Counted from the first letter of the stretch, positions 38,598-53,000 are shown. The stretch: 64,000 nucleotides of DNA from Leucoraja erinacea (GCF_028641065.1 NC_073401.1:30814001-30878000), one strand, 5' to 3'. A program made the numbers and translations. Notes: generated by a model from the sequence alone, not told the origin.

Positions 38598-40574
38598 TCT
38601 GTGAAAAGGTTGCCCCTCGGGTTCCTATTAAATCTTTCTCCTCTCACCTTATATGCATGCCCCCCCCCCCCCCCCCCCATAGTTCTTGATTCCCCTATAC
38701 TGTGTTTTAAAAAAAAACTCTAAACTCACCCTATCTTAATCCATTTTTATACGCCTTGATAAGATCACCCCCTCGGCGCTCCCCAGTAATATGGGTACAT
38801 TTCAGGGGAAATGATAACCACATGAAAAAGATGGGAATAAAATAATTTAAGAATTGTCAGAGGAACATAAGACAGGAAGAGACTCGTGTGGAGTGTAAAA
38901 AACTAGCACAGACCCGTGAGGCTGAAGGGTCTGCTTCCATTTCATGTAATTCGCTCCATTGTCTGAACATCTACTGATAGCTCAATTAAAACCAAGGCAG
39001 AATTTAATTAAAAAATCCGCAAAAACAATGTTAAACTGTTCTGATGTATCATCGTATTAAAGCAGTGCAAGGCAGGGTTAGAATGCACAGTGTGAGTAAA
39101 TCTTGCAATTTGGAAGATCAGAGGCTTTGATTTCTGGTGTATCATGAGTTTATCATTGCAGTCCGGCTTGACTGAGCTGCAGCTATTGATTTGAGCTTTC
39201 CAATGCTTGGCAGGGGAAAATTGGCCAGGAGATCATCTGGTGCTGATGCTTTGTTCGATAGTGGGTGGGTATATTTTTCAAAGACAGGACTGGGAATGCA
39301 ATAGACTCCACAGACAATTGGCCTGTTGATAATCAAAATCTTGGTTCACAGGTGGAGAGGTTAATTCAACATAGATGGGGCAAGTAAGCAAAAAAAAACA
39401 GGTCATCTGTTCGGGGATAGACTCCGTTCTTTCTGAAACAAAGACAGAGATGGGTCAGAACAAGATTGGGGCTGAAGATGAAATCCCAGGAACAATGGAG
39501 ATTCCTGCACAATGGAATAGTTCACCAACACTTGGAGTAATTGTTACTGAGGTGTCATTTTGTGGAAATAAGCCTTAACTGGAATTCCAACGTGTAACTC
39601 GTTAAATAACTTCTCATGCACAAACGTGTTGTTGTTAGAATCATGAGTATTTAATTGTCATGTGTATGTGCTGACAAGGGAACAATTATATTCTTACTCC
39701 CTCTCCCATCGGGCAGAAGGTATAGAAGAGTGAAAATGCACATCTCCAGATTCAGGGACAGTTCCTTCCCAGCTGTTATCAGGCAACTGAATAATCCTAC
39801 CACAACTGGATAGCCGTTGTTGGGGGAGTCCAGCTCCAGGGGCCACAGTTTAAGAATAAGGGGTAAGCCATTCAGAACAGAGACGATGAAACACTTTTTC
39901 TCACAGAGAGTTGTGAGTCTGTGGAATTCTCTGCCTTGGTGGAGGCCGGTTCTCTGGATAATTTCAAGAGAGCCAGATAAGGCTCTTAAAGATAGTGGAG
40001 TCAGGGGATATGGGGAGAAAGGCAGGAACAGGGTATTGATTGGGGATGATCAGCTATGATCACATTGAATGGCGGTGCTGGCTCGAAGGGCTGAATGGCC
40101 TACTCCTGCACCTATTGTCTGAACTACTATCTACCTCATTGGAGACCCTCGGACTATCTTTGATCGGACTTTACTGGCTTTATCTTGCACTCAACGTTAT
40201 TTCCTTTATCATGTATCTGTATACGGTGGATGGCTCGATTGTAATCATGTATTGTCTTTCCGCTGACTGGTCAGCGTCAGGGCGGTCGAAGCTCCCGCCG
40301 TTGGAGCTCCCAAAGTCGATCAAGAGGCAAAGAGGCTGCCAGCACCACGATGCCAAGCCGCAGCGCGGATGTAGATACGATACGGAAAAAGTCGCATCTT
40401 CATCGAGGAAAGAGATTAAATGTTTCCCCCCACCTTCCATATAATACAACACTAAAGATAAACTAAAACATACATTTAACAACAAACTAAAAACAACAAA
40501 AGAAGAAAAGGACGAGACAGACTATTAACGAGGCTGCCATCGTGTGGCACCACCCAGTATCCAAACGAACTATA

Positions 40575-42075
40575 GAAAGAGGCAGTGCCACGCATGCAGG
40601 TACAGCTCGGTGGTGGGGAAGGTGCTGGAGTCAATAATAAAAGATGAGATAGCCGCACATTTGGATAGCAGTAACAGGATCAGTTCAAGTGAGTTTATTG
40701 TCATGTGTCCCTGATAGGACAATGAAATTCTTGCTTTACTTCAGCACAACAGAACATAATAGGCATTAACTAGGTCCGAGTCAGCATGGATTTACGAAGG
40801 GGAAATCATGCTTGACTAATCTTCTGGAATTTTTTGAAGATGTAACTAGGAAAATGGACAAGGGAGAGCCAGTGGATGTAGTGTACCTGGACTTTCAGAG
40901 AGCATTTGATAAGGTCCCACATAGGAGATTAGTGGGCAACATTAGGGCACATGGTATTGGGGGTAGAGTGCTGAGTTGGAACTCAGTCTGGAGAACAGTT
41001 CCTTGTCAGGGTGGGCAGTCAAAACCTTTCTTGCAAGGACTCTCTTGTAAGGGAGTAGATTGCTGACATGGATAGAGAAGTGGTTGGCAGACAGGAAACA
41101 AAGAGCAGGGATTAACGGGTTCCTTTCAGAATGGCAGGCAGTGACTAGTGGGGTACCGCAAGGCTCGGTGCTGGGACCACAGCTATTTACAATATACATC
41201 AATGATTTGGATGAAGGGATTCAAAGTAATATTAACAAATTTGCAGATGACACAAAGCTGGTTGGCAGTGTGAACTGTGAGGAGGATGCTATGAGAATGC
41301 AGGGTGACTTGGACTGGTTGGGGGAGTGGGCAGATGCATGGCAGATGAAGTTTAATGTGGATAAATGTGAGGCTATCCACTTTGGTAGCAAAAACAGGAA
41401 GGCAGATTACTATCTAAATGGCGTCAAGTTGGGGAAGAGGAAACGGGATCTGGGGGTCCTTGTACATCAGTCTATGAAAGTAAGCATGCAGGTACAGCAG
41501 ACAGTGAAGAAAGCGAATGGCATGTTGGCCTTTATAATGAGAGGAATCGAATATAGGAGCAAAGAGGTCCTGCAGTTGTACAGAGCCCTAGTGAGACCAC
41601 ACCTGGAGTATTGTGTGCAGTTTTGGTCCCCTAATTTGAGGAAGGACATTCTTGCTATTGAGGGAGTGCAGCGTAGGTTTACAAGGTTAATTCCCGGGAT
41701 GGCAGGACTGTCATATGCTGAGAGAATGGAGCAGCTGGGCTTGTACACTCTGGAGTTTAGAAGGATGAGAGGGATCTCATTGAAACATATAAGATTGTTA
41801 AGGGCTTGGACATGCTAGAGACAGGAAACATGTTCCCGATGTTGGGAGAGTCCAGAACCAGGGGCCACAGTTTAAGAATAAGGAGTAAGCCATTTAGAAC
41901 AGAGACGAGGAAACACTTTTTCTTACAGAGAGTGGTGAGTCTATGGAATTCTTTGCCTCAGGTGGAGGCCGGTTCTCTGGATGCTTTCAAGAGAGAGCTA
42001 GATAGGGCTCTTAAAAATAGTGGAGTCAGGGGATATGGGGAGAAGGGCCAAATGGCCTATTCCTGCACCTATTGT
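40575..42075 (+). mobile_element. CR1-type LINE, 5'-truncated, RT domain largely open
   Basis: ORFs 40812..41066 and 41060..41818: VYLDFQRAFDKVPH, SGVPQGSVLGPQLF, KFADDTKL, RPHLEYCVQFWSP. Interrupted by short inserts at ~40685-40770 and ~40975-41060. Confidence 0.92.
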
Positions 42076-42136
42076 CTTAATTAAATGTGTCATCCCAAAT
42101 TGCACATTAATGGAACAGGTCACTTAATAACCATAG

Positions 42137-42248
42137 ACCCTGAAACATCACCATTTCCTTCTCTCCAGAGATGCTGCTTGTCCCGCTGAATTACTCCAGC
42201 TTTTTGTGTTTATCTTTGGTTTAAACCAGCATCTGCAGTACTTTCTTA
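42137..42248 (+). mobile_element. Single-arm Penelope pLTR insertion with 16-bp TSD
   Basis: Begins inside the hammerhead stem II (ACCCTGAAACATC). CACTTAATAACCATAG occurs at 42121-42136 and 42249-42264. Confidence 0.75.
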
Positions 42249-42989
42249 CACTTAATAACCATAGGCTGCTAAAGACCACATCATCTTCCCCCGCTTCTGT
42301 TCTTATGTTTATAAGGGACTAGACCAAGTTACTCTCAACAGCAATAAATAAAACCCAATTCAAAAACAATACTTCCATTCAGTCACAAACATTAATTTGA
42401 GCAACAGGGGAATTGATCCAATGGATTTTATCTGGCTTTATAGATGCTGGTTGACTGATTAGTGGATTTGATTCGATGGTTAATCCCTTTGATGCCTCCT
42501 CAGATCCTCCTGTTTACTGAAACTGTCTGGATTATCTGGGCCTTGTTTCACTTGGAGCACAATAAAGCATTGCCTTCAGAGCACTAAAGTGCTAGTCTAT
42601 TTTCTGATCATTCCCATGGACATGGCAAACATTTAAAACCTACCTATGGTGATGGGGAGTCAGTTTCTTGGAGTAAAGGTAGTCCCACCGTAGAAATGCA
42701 GTTGTAACTGGGGAGTTCTCGAGATGCTGCCTGATTTGCTGAGTTACTCCAGCACTGTGTGTCTTTTTTGTAAACCAGCAACTGCACTTCCTTGTTGCCA
42801 GAGATCCCTTTTATGTGACATTGGTATCTGGGAAGAGAAACACACACACTGCCATCTTGATGGATTAATATGGGCAACTTTCTTTGAGGTTAGCAGTAAG
42901 TGAAGTTGTTTTAATAGTGACAGTACTATTTTCTGATCGAAGAGTTGTCATGAATAATACACCATATCCCTTCTCCCCCCCTCTCTCCC

Positions 42990-43910
42990 CCACGGCCGCG
43001 TCTCGTCACTACTTTTGGAATACGCGACCGCAGCACTTCAGTCCTCGCGCATATCATACTGCTTCCTACATGTACCTCAAACACCAACACACAAGACAGA
43101 CAGACAGACAGGACTTGAATGCTGACCAACTTTCATTATGACTGTCTTAGCAATAGACACAAACAACAGCTCGTCTTCACAAAGCTCAGTACGATACCGT
43201 TGGCTCCTTGTAGTGCGCTGGAAACAGTGCCGGGCACTGCGGCGGAGGAGGCGCGCACTATAAAAGCGGGTGCGTGCGGACGGGGCGCCATTCGCGGCGG
43301 AGGAGCTGAACTGTGCAGGAAGACAGAGGTGAGTGAAGTCATCGCGTGTGTTATCTGGGCTGCTAGGCCAGTAAATATTCACTTTGTTCAAGTTGGCGCG
43401 GTACGTGCAAAGGGAAATGTGTAGACATCCCTTGTCAAATGAACAAGCATTGGATCTGAATGTCAGTAGATGGTGCTATAATCCGGGCGAGAGCAGCTCG
43501 GCGAACGATTAGCGACTGCGGAACCGTCAGACGACATGTGAAGGGCCCGCTCCGTGTGTCCGCGGACGCTGCTGTCCCGCCGCTTTACACCACGGGATAT
43601 GTGGTGCTGGATACTTGTGCGTGGTGCGGTGTTAGACGCGGTGGCGTTATGTCGGGTGTCCGAGCCGCGACAGCGGTGATGGAGGACAACAAGCCGCTAA
43701 GATGGCGGCTGGCCGTGACGCAGCGGTTGGTGTTGGGCGGGAACGTCTCGCGGTGTTTGGCCCCGGGGTGGGGGCGGGGCGACGCCGACTACATGAGCCG
43801 CGCCATGCGTCACAATGGGCGGGATTTGTTGACGTGGCGTCGCCTTGGCCCCGCCTCCCTCCGCCCCGCCCCACATTAACTCTGATCGTTTAGTTGGTGA
43901 GTCGCCATTA
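42990..43910 (+). promoter_or_regulatory. Polyubiquitin gene CpG island: TATA promoter, non-coding exon 1 and regulatory intron
   Basis: GGCGCGC followed by TATAAAA at 43259-43265; Inr-like CCATT at ~43290; donor GAG|GTGAGT after 43328. The intron has YY1 AAGATGGCGG at 43699-43708, GC boxes and CRE-like TGACG sites. Confidence 0.85.
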
Positions 43911-44091
43911 AAAGCTGCAGGTTCATCTCTTTATGTAGTCAAATGCGGTTGTGGGTAGCCACGTGAAACCTTCAGTAAAGCCTTGCTGGGTGTTCCCGGG
44001 GTAGATGGTGCTCAAGGGTAAAGTTAACCATCTGTTTATCGTGAACTATTGAGGTTACCCGACAGAACTATCAAATTATGAACCAAGTTAA

Positions 44092-45069
<978 letters not shown>

Positions 45070-45153
45070 CTGTTGTAATTGGCTTTTTTTTGTGGGTAGT
45101 ATTCTTGCCTCTAGCGTAAAATGTTGATTAAAGTGTCTTCCCATGTCATTCAA

Positions 45154-45159
45154 AATAAA
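45154..45159 (+). terminator. Polyubiquitin poly(A) signal
   Basis: AATAAA 85 nt after TAA, followed by GU-rich sequence. Confidence 0.8.
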
Positions 45160-46232
45160 ATTGTTGCAAGCTTATTGTATGGTTGCAAGTTCTTTGAATG
45201 GTTAGTGAAGTTGGCATATGGAAGGAAAACTAAAGAAGAGCTAATTGAAAATTAAATCATCATACAAAATAGTGCTATTGGATAGGGTTGGGACTTCATC
45301 TTCTTGCAATACAAATTAGTTTAACAAATTTATTTTTGCGATTTCTACTGAACTTGGTATTTCTACTTTTTTTTTTTAAGCAGCCAGTGGTTCTAATTTG
45401 CCTCAATATGACTGGGTCAGTGGCCATCAGATTGTTGCTATGCTGTTGAAGGGGTTGGACTGCAGTGTTATTGGGAGCAATGGATTGAAGACCTGAGTAT
45501 ATGGCATAAGTGTCATTATTGGGCATGTCTAACTGGAACCAGCCCTATTGTTTTATTTTGCTTTGAAATTTCCAATTCATCAGATCCATGTCTGGTTTGG
45601 ACCCTAACTTTAAATACATTTCCGTTTCCAAAAGCAATTGCTTTTAACACTGACAATTGCTTTGATTTTTCAGACAGTTTGCTAATGCTAGAAACGTACG
45701 TTTCAAGATGGAACAAATTAAACAACATGGGTGATATTGCTTGTTGGCTGAGACTTGTGCAGTACGATGGGTGACTCTAGTTACGATCCTTCTTCAGACT
45801 GGCTGAAGGACCTGTTGCCACACTATATTCCTAATCTAAAACTAAAAAGATGTTTCCATTCATGGGAGAGTAGTATCAGAGCTCAGAATAAAAGGACGTA
45901 CCTTTGGAAAGGAGATGGGGAGGAATTTCTTTGGCCAGAGGGTGGTGAATCCGGAATTCATTGCTGACATAAGGAAATGCAAATAGCCACTTTGAGCAAA
46001 TAGCAATTGGTCAACAGAGGACATTTATTGTCCCCCAGACAACAACTCCACTGGTGGGCAAAGGGTTAATGTGGTAAACGACTTGATTGCCGTAGTCAGT
46101 GGGAGCCATGCTCAGGGTAGATGTGGGGAGTCTCCCCTTGTCAGCAGTGCTCAGGATGGAGACGGGGAGCCTACTTTAGACTAATCAGTTTTAAATACCT
46201 AGCTTGTGTAAGGGTTATGGTCCCTGAAAAAG

Positions 46233-46790
46233 AAACATAGAAAATAGGTGTAGGAGTAGGCCACTTGGCCCTTCGAGTCAGCACCGCCATTCCATATGAT
46301 CATGGCTGATCATCCAAAATCAGTACCCTTTTCCAGCTTTTTCCCCATATCCCTAGATTCCCTTAGCCCTAAGAGCTAAATCTAACTCTTGAAAACATCC
46401 AGTGAATTGGCCTCAACTGCCTTTTGCGGCAGAGAATTCCACGGATTCACAACTCCGGGCGAAAATGTTTTTCCTCATCTCAATCGTAAATGGCCTACCC
46501 CTTATTCTTAAACTGACCCCCTGGTTCTGGACTCTCCCAATATTGGGAACATTTTTCCTGCATCTACCCTGTCTAATCCTCTCAGAATTTTATTTTACTA
46601 TAAGATCACCTCTCCTTCAAATTCCAGCGAATACAAGCCCAGTAGATCCATTCTTTCATACGTCAGTCCTGCCATCCTGGGAATTAACCTGGTAAATCTG
46701 CACTGCACTCCCTCAATAGGAATAATGTCCTTCCTCAAATTAGGAGACCAAAATTGCACACAGTACACCAGGTGTGGTCTCACCACGAAT
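46233..46790 (-). mobile_element. CR1-type LINE 3' fragment
   Basis: VRPHLVYCVQFWSPNLRKDI motif and the CR1 3' tail on the minus strand. Confidence 0.85.
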
Positions 46791-47386
46791 CCTTGTAAGA
46801 GTCAGGATTACCATCCCCAATCTTTGCTGCAAATAACTTGGATACTATTAACTGTCTCTGAACGGGCTGAGACTGAAATGGGTCAAATGCAGGCAAATGG
46901 GGCGTGCTTAGATCTAGACTAGACTAGAAAGCCATGGACTGGGATCTGCTGTGGGATCAAATTGTAGGGTAGAATCCAAAGAAAATATGAAACTGCCATG
47001 CCCTTGATGAACCAGGATGAGTCCATCACTCTAGCCCCTTGCATCCATGTCCATTGGAATCACCATACCATGATGTAACCAGTCAAGATACTTCCTAGTG
47101 TATCATCCACACCAATGGATGTGTCCATTTGAGCCAAGCTTGCTGAATCTAAGCTTGTGAGAAACTGGAGGTACTAGCACACCTTTGGAATTATGCCTAT
47201 GCAATGTAGTGATCTGTGATATTATTGCAGAGGAATTTAAAACGTTCAACTTCCCATCCAATCCCATCAACAAAAACTGATGTGTTCTGGGTTCCCTTGA
47301 AGTAAATGGTGAACTCCTTGGCTTTGTTGCATTGAAAGGTAGTTGTGACATCATTCCAGCAGATTAATCACCACCTGTACATAGGA

Positions 47387-47937
47387 GTCATGTGGTGGTG
47401 CTGCAGTGGCTAACTCGCCAACAGTCTGTCTAGTAGTTTTCTTCATAGTTGGTTTCTAGTGTGTGTTAAATGTATGTTTGAGTGTTCTTTAGTTTTGTAT
47501 TGTGTCTGTGTGTGTGGGGGGGGGGGGGACTTTTTAAAACCTTTCCTCGACGAAGATGCAATTAAAAAAAAAAAAAAATTCTTCCCATGTATCTCCGTCC
47601 GCGCTGCAGCCTAATATCGAGGAGCTGGCGGCCTCTTGCAGGGGATCAACTTTGGGAGCTCCAGCTGCGGGACTTAACATAGTGGAGCTCGCTGTCCCTG
47701 GTGAGGGACTAGCTTCGGACGCGGCGGCTAGATCGCCCGGACTGGCCCACCCGCGAGAGAATAAAGAGTGAGGAAGGTTAGACTTTATTGCCTTCCATCA
47801 CTGAGGAATGTGGGGAATCTGCTGTGGTGGATGCTATTGTTAGCTTTCATGCAGTGTGCCTTGTTGCCTTTTTTAGTATGGCTGTATGGTAAATAGCCTC
47901 ACTGCACCTTATTGGCACACGTGACAAAATACCCTTG
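47387..47937 (+). mobile_element. Unclassified non-autonomous retroelement with LINE-like tail (related pieces at ~24494-24765 + and ~40278-40553 -)
   Basis: Shares AGACTTT(A/G)TTGCCTTCCATCAC...GGGGAATCTGCTGTGGTGGATG with ~24590-24640, and the reverse complement of the GGAGCTCCCAAAGT and GCATCTTC(A/G)TCGAGGAAAG blocks at 40300-40415. Confidence 0.6.
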
Positions 47938-50900
47938 TAATTTAACTAACCAATGTCATCTGAATTTATAGATGACCTGGGGGTGTGCTTAGACAGGGTG
48001 GAAAGAAAATAGTGCAGGGGGCTGAGCACCTGTGTTAATGGTCAGTGCCAGGAGGTGTTACTGATTTATTTTTCTAATCAGCACATATACGGGAGGATGA
48101 GACTTAAATGAGCAATATGCACGATGTCTGAAAGGATGTGGCTGAGTTATATGGGGGAAAATGTGAAATGTTCTTGTTAGGAAAAATGGAAGAAGGCTTT
48201 TAAAATAAAATGATATGAAATGTTATTTATAATCTGGACTTTCATCAGTAAAGATGTTGGCAATCATCAGATTATTTAAAAACTTAGCTAGGTTACTAAT
48301 ATTTCTCAGGGAGACAGCCTCTCATTCTTGCCTGGTCCGCGTGTAGATCCAGACATATTGTAACTGACTTACCTGCTGTCTAAAATAATTGAACAAGTCA
48401 TTCAGGTCATGAACATAAAATATTGCATGATAAGTGTTTTATTTTGCCAGTGATGTTGAGAATAAAAGATAGAACATGCAAGATTTGAAAAATAAGTCAA
48501 GAGACTTTTCCACAATTAAGTGTGCTATTTTGGTTCTCATATTAGGCAGTCCTTGAAAATCAAGGATGACTCTTTAGTTTGGCCATCTCAAATCTCATGA
48601 AACAATGTGAGAACCATAGAATCTTCCACGGATGGGACAAGTAGGTGGGCCACTATGCGCATTCAATACATCCTGAATGCTCCTTCTCCATTTTAAGTAT
48701 TCATGGGATCTCCTTGGGTTTGCATTTGCCTTATAGGGAATGTAGCTGGGATTCTCTAAAATGACATCTGGAAGGAGGCTATTATCCTATCGGGAGAGGC
48801 AGGAACATGTTTAGTTTTATTATTGTCACATGTACCAAGGTATAGGAAAAGCGTTTCTGTGGCATGCTATCTAGTCAATGACTGCATGATTACAAACGAG
48901 CTGTCCATGGTGAACAGACGCATGATGACGGGTATATCATTTAGTGCAAGGTAAAGTCTGATTAAAGATAGTCCGAGGGTATTCAGTGAGGTAGGTGAGA
49001 GGTCAAGACTGCACTCGAGCTGGTAAGATGGTGGTTAAGTTGCCTGTTAACAGCTGGGAAGAAACTGCCCCGGAATCTGGGAGTATGTTTTTAAAATTCT
49101 GTGTCTTTCCTGATGGGAGGAGAGAGAAGAGGGAGTGACTGGAGTGAGACTGATCTTTGATTGTGGCCTTGCCAAGTCAGCGTGAGTTCCAGTGTAGATG
49201 GAAGGGAGTTTGGTTTGCGTGATCCACAATTCTCTGCAATCTTGTGCGGTTTTAAATGGAGCTGTTCCCAAACCATGTGAAGCATCCTGACAATGCTTTC
49301 TGTAGAAGTTGGTTAGGATTGTTATGGACATGGCAAACTTCCTAAGCCTTCTTGGGAAGTCAAGATATTACTGTGCTTTCTTGACTTTGGTTTGATGTTG
49401 CTGTTCCAGGACAAATTGCTGGTGATATGTATTCCTATGAAATTGAAGCTTTCAGTGCTATTAATGCACAAGCATTTATTTCAAGAAGGCTTGTATACAA
49501 AAACAGGGATGACATGTTGAGGCTCTAAGGCACTGGTAAGGCTGCATTGGGAATATTGTGAGCAATTTCCAACACCACATTGGTGGAAGGATGTGCTGGG
49601 AGACCCCTTCCACCCATGCAATGGATTGTTCCAGCTGCTACGGTCAAGCAAACGCCTCAGTTGCCATGCTGTGAGAACGGAGAGGTTGAGAAGGAGTTTC
49701 TCCCCAGAGGCCATTTGGACTGTAAACGCCTATCTCATCAGGGACTAACTTTACTGAACGTTTTTCCTTCCAATATTTAATATGTAAAAGAATATGTGTG
49801 TGTTTATGATTGTGTTTATAGTTGGTTTGTCATTTTGCACAAAGTCCGCGAGCATTGCCACTTTCATTTCACTGCACATCTCGTATGTGTATGTGACGAA
49901 TAAACTTGACTTGGCTCTGATCAATACCTTGATCAATGAATGTAAGCATGCTGTTTTCAGTGAACTGTAGTCCCTTCCTCCCCACCAAGCCCTTGCCATT
50001 TCCCACGTAAGCTCTGCACTGCTTTGCCTTCCCAAATTGCAAAGCTGATTTTTCTCTGAATCTCCATCTGCCATTCTCCAGTCTACTTGATGAAGATCGC
50101 CGATCCAACCAACTGTTAGGGGCCTCCAGTCTGAAAAACAACCTACTATCACCAGTCTATCTTTTAGCCTCAAGCCAGTTTTGTATCTTAATTGGTTAGC
50201 TTGCCTGGATCCCATTTATCTTTGCAGACCAATCTGCCATGCGGTACCTTGTCAAAAGCATTATTGAAGTCCATGCAGACAACACCTACTGCACTGCCCT
50301 CGTCAATCTTGGTCACCACTTTAAAAGGCTCAAGTTCATGAACATGATTTCCCACCCACAAGGCCATGCTGGCTATCCGTAGTTCAGTACATCACCTATT
50401 GATACAAATATTTCTGTCAGGAGCCCCATATTTTTTTTTTCCCCTATGTTCCCACAATATCCTAGGATATACTTTCAACTTTAGCGATTAAACGCAGAAA
50501 CAGTCCCCTTGGCCCACCGAGTCCACGATAACCAACAATCACCCCATCACTGAGTCCACCCTGACCAACAATCACCCCCCAGCACTATCCTACACATTAG
50601 AGACAATTTACAATTTTACCAAACCCAATTAATCAGCAAACTTGTACATCTTTGGAGTGTGGGATGAATCCGGAGCACCAGGAGAAAGCCCATGTGGTCA
50701 CAGGGAGAGTGTACAACCACTACAGACAAGTTCAAGTTTGCGTTTATTGTCACTTAACCAACCACGGTACAGCAGTACAGTGACATTTGAGTTACCATAC
50801 AGCCATACTAAGTGACAAGAACACAATACACACGCGGCTTGAAGCTCCGGCTTGGTCTCCAGGAAAGGCCAGCGGCCTTTAAGTTTAGGAATAAGGGATA

Positions 50901-51952
50901 GGCCATTTAGGACTGAGAAGATGAAAAACCTTTTCACCCATCGAGTTGTGAATCTGAATTCACTTCCACAGAAGGCAGTGGAGGCCAATTCACTGGATGT
51001 TTTCAAGAGAGAGTTAGATATGGCACTTAGGGCTAATGGAATCAAGAGATAAGGAAAGAACGCAGGAACGGGGTACAAATTTAGGATGAGCAGCCAAGAT
51101 CATAATGAATGGCAGTGCTGACTCGAAGAACTGAATGGCTTACTCCTGCATCTTTTTTTTCCTTTTTTTTTCAACTTAAATTTTTATTGATTTTTAAGAG
51201 ATATATACAAAACAGTGCAACACCATCACCATAAATAAAACAAAGTAAGAAAAACAGCAATCAAAATAAAATAATAAAGTAGTTAGGGGGAAAAAAATTA
51301 AAAAAAATAAATAATTGGAATAATTTTACCAAATTGGAACTTATCAAATTAAAAAAAGAAAAAACATTACATTGATTAGTTATCTGGAGATAATTCAATA
51401 TTCATACAAACATACCATCTAGTTCTATATAACGCAATCTTCCCATATCTAGCTCGGCATTTATCTAATTGGTGTCTTACTCCTGCACCTATTTTCTATG
51501 TTTCTATTGCCTCTGTAATATGGACTGTCTTCAAGACGTCACAATTAACTTCCATGTCCTTCTCCAATTAGCATCCATGTCCTTCTCCAAAGTAAATACT
51601 GGTGATAAATAATCATTCAACACCTCGCTTATCTCCTGTGACTCCACATGTACATGAACATGTTATAGAGTCATACAGCACAGAAACAGGCCCTTCAGCC
51701 TAACTCATTCGTGTCACAACAAAGCCAGTCCCATGTGCTTGTGTTTAACCCTCTGAACCTTCCTATCCATGTATCTTTGAAATGCTGTTATAGTATGTGC
51801 CTCAACTATCTCCTCTGGCAGTTCATTCCATACATCCACCAGTCTCTGAGTGGAAGAAATTGCCCTTCAGGTTTATATTACATCTTGTCCCCAACCTGGG
51901 TAAAAGATTGCATTTTAATTATTCCTCTCAATATTTTATACTCCTTTAAATA

Positions 51953-52245
51953 TAGAAATTAGGTGCAGGAGTAGGCCATTCGGCCCTTCGAGCCTGCACC
52001 GCCATTCAATATGATCATGGCTGATCATCCAACTCAGTATCCCGTACCTGCCTTCTCTTCATACCCTCTGATCCCCTTGGCCACAAGGGCCACATCTTAC
52101 TCCCTCTTAAATATAGCCAATGAACTGGCCTCGACTACCCTCTGTGGCAGAGAGTTCCAGAGATTCACCACTCTCTGTGTGAAAAAAGTTCTCCTCATCT
52201 CGGTTTTAAAGGATTTCCCCCTTATCCTTAAGCTGTGACCCCTTG
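51953..52245 (-). mobile_element. CR1-type LINE 3' end, young subfamily
   Basis: RGHSLRIRGKSFKTEMRRTFFTQRVVNLWNSLP; tail nearly identical to copies at 7383-7560 and 27346-27503. Confidence 0.85.
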
Positions 52246-52646
52246 CAAAATCGCCCATGGTTCTCAGGTGGGTTTTAACATGCAAAATGAAAACGCTTCT
52301 GAAGCTACATTTACCATTTAAATAATCGTAAACTATCAATGCGTTTTGAAATAAATTTTACTCAGATGCAAGCTAAGGAATGGGATAATTGTCAGCTGTT
52401 AGTTGGACAAAATTAGGACATTTTACTATTTGCCAAAATATATTTCTCAATGTTTCTTGTTTAAAGCCTGCACATTCACCCAAACTACTTATTTATTTAT
52501 CATCTAATAACAGACAAGCCTGCAGCATGTAATGATGTCAACAATCCTGATTTTGGCAAATAATAAAATGTCCTCATTTTGTACCTTCGATTTTGCAGCA
52601 TCTGCAGTTCCTTCTTGGACAAGATTATAGAGGAGCTTGCTCCCCA

Positions 52647-52954
52647 GTGACCCCTCCCCCCGCGTGACTCCTCCCCCGAATGACTCCTCCTTCCGAGTGA
52701 CTCCTCCCCCGGGTGACCCCTCCCCCCGAGTGACTCCTCCCCCTGGTGACTCCTCCTTCCGAGTGACTCCTCCCCCGGGTGACTCCTCCTTCCGAGTGAC
52801 TCCTCCCCCGGGTGACTCCTCCCCCGGGTGACTCCTCCTTCCGAGTGACTCCTCCCCCTGGTGACTCCTCCCCCGGGTGACTCCTCCTTCCGAGTGACTC
52901 CTCCCCCTGGTGACTCCTCCTTCCTCCTTCCGAGTGACTCCTCCCCCGCGTGAC
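52647..52954 (+). repeat. Minisatellite, ~18 units of 16/17 nt (GTGACTCCTCCCCCGG / GTGACTCCTCCTTCCGA)
   Basis: Read directly; ends 46 nt upstream of the SCARB1 ATG. Confidence 0.95.
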
Positions 52955-53000
52955 AACCGGCGGTTTGGCGGCGCGAGCCACAGCAGTTGGAGGTTGGAGG

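Noticed and set aside
39142-39578. Non-repeat segment with small ORFs and a good minus-strand acceptor near 39434
   Set aside because: No recognisable protein similarity (not ZDHHC8 or DHX37 as far as I can tell) and no partner exon found.
41060-41818. 252-aa ORF as a host gene
   Set aside because: CR1 reverse-transcriptase fragment, frameshifted at the ends and 5'-truncated.
43077-43893. Overlapping 60-140 aa ORFs in the UBC promoter and intron
   Set aside because: Expected from GC-rich, stop-poor CpG-island sequence.
52647-52954. CRISPR-like appearance of regularly spaced repeats
   Set aside because: No unique spacers, no cas genes, and a vertebrate context; it is a tandem minisatellite.
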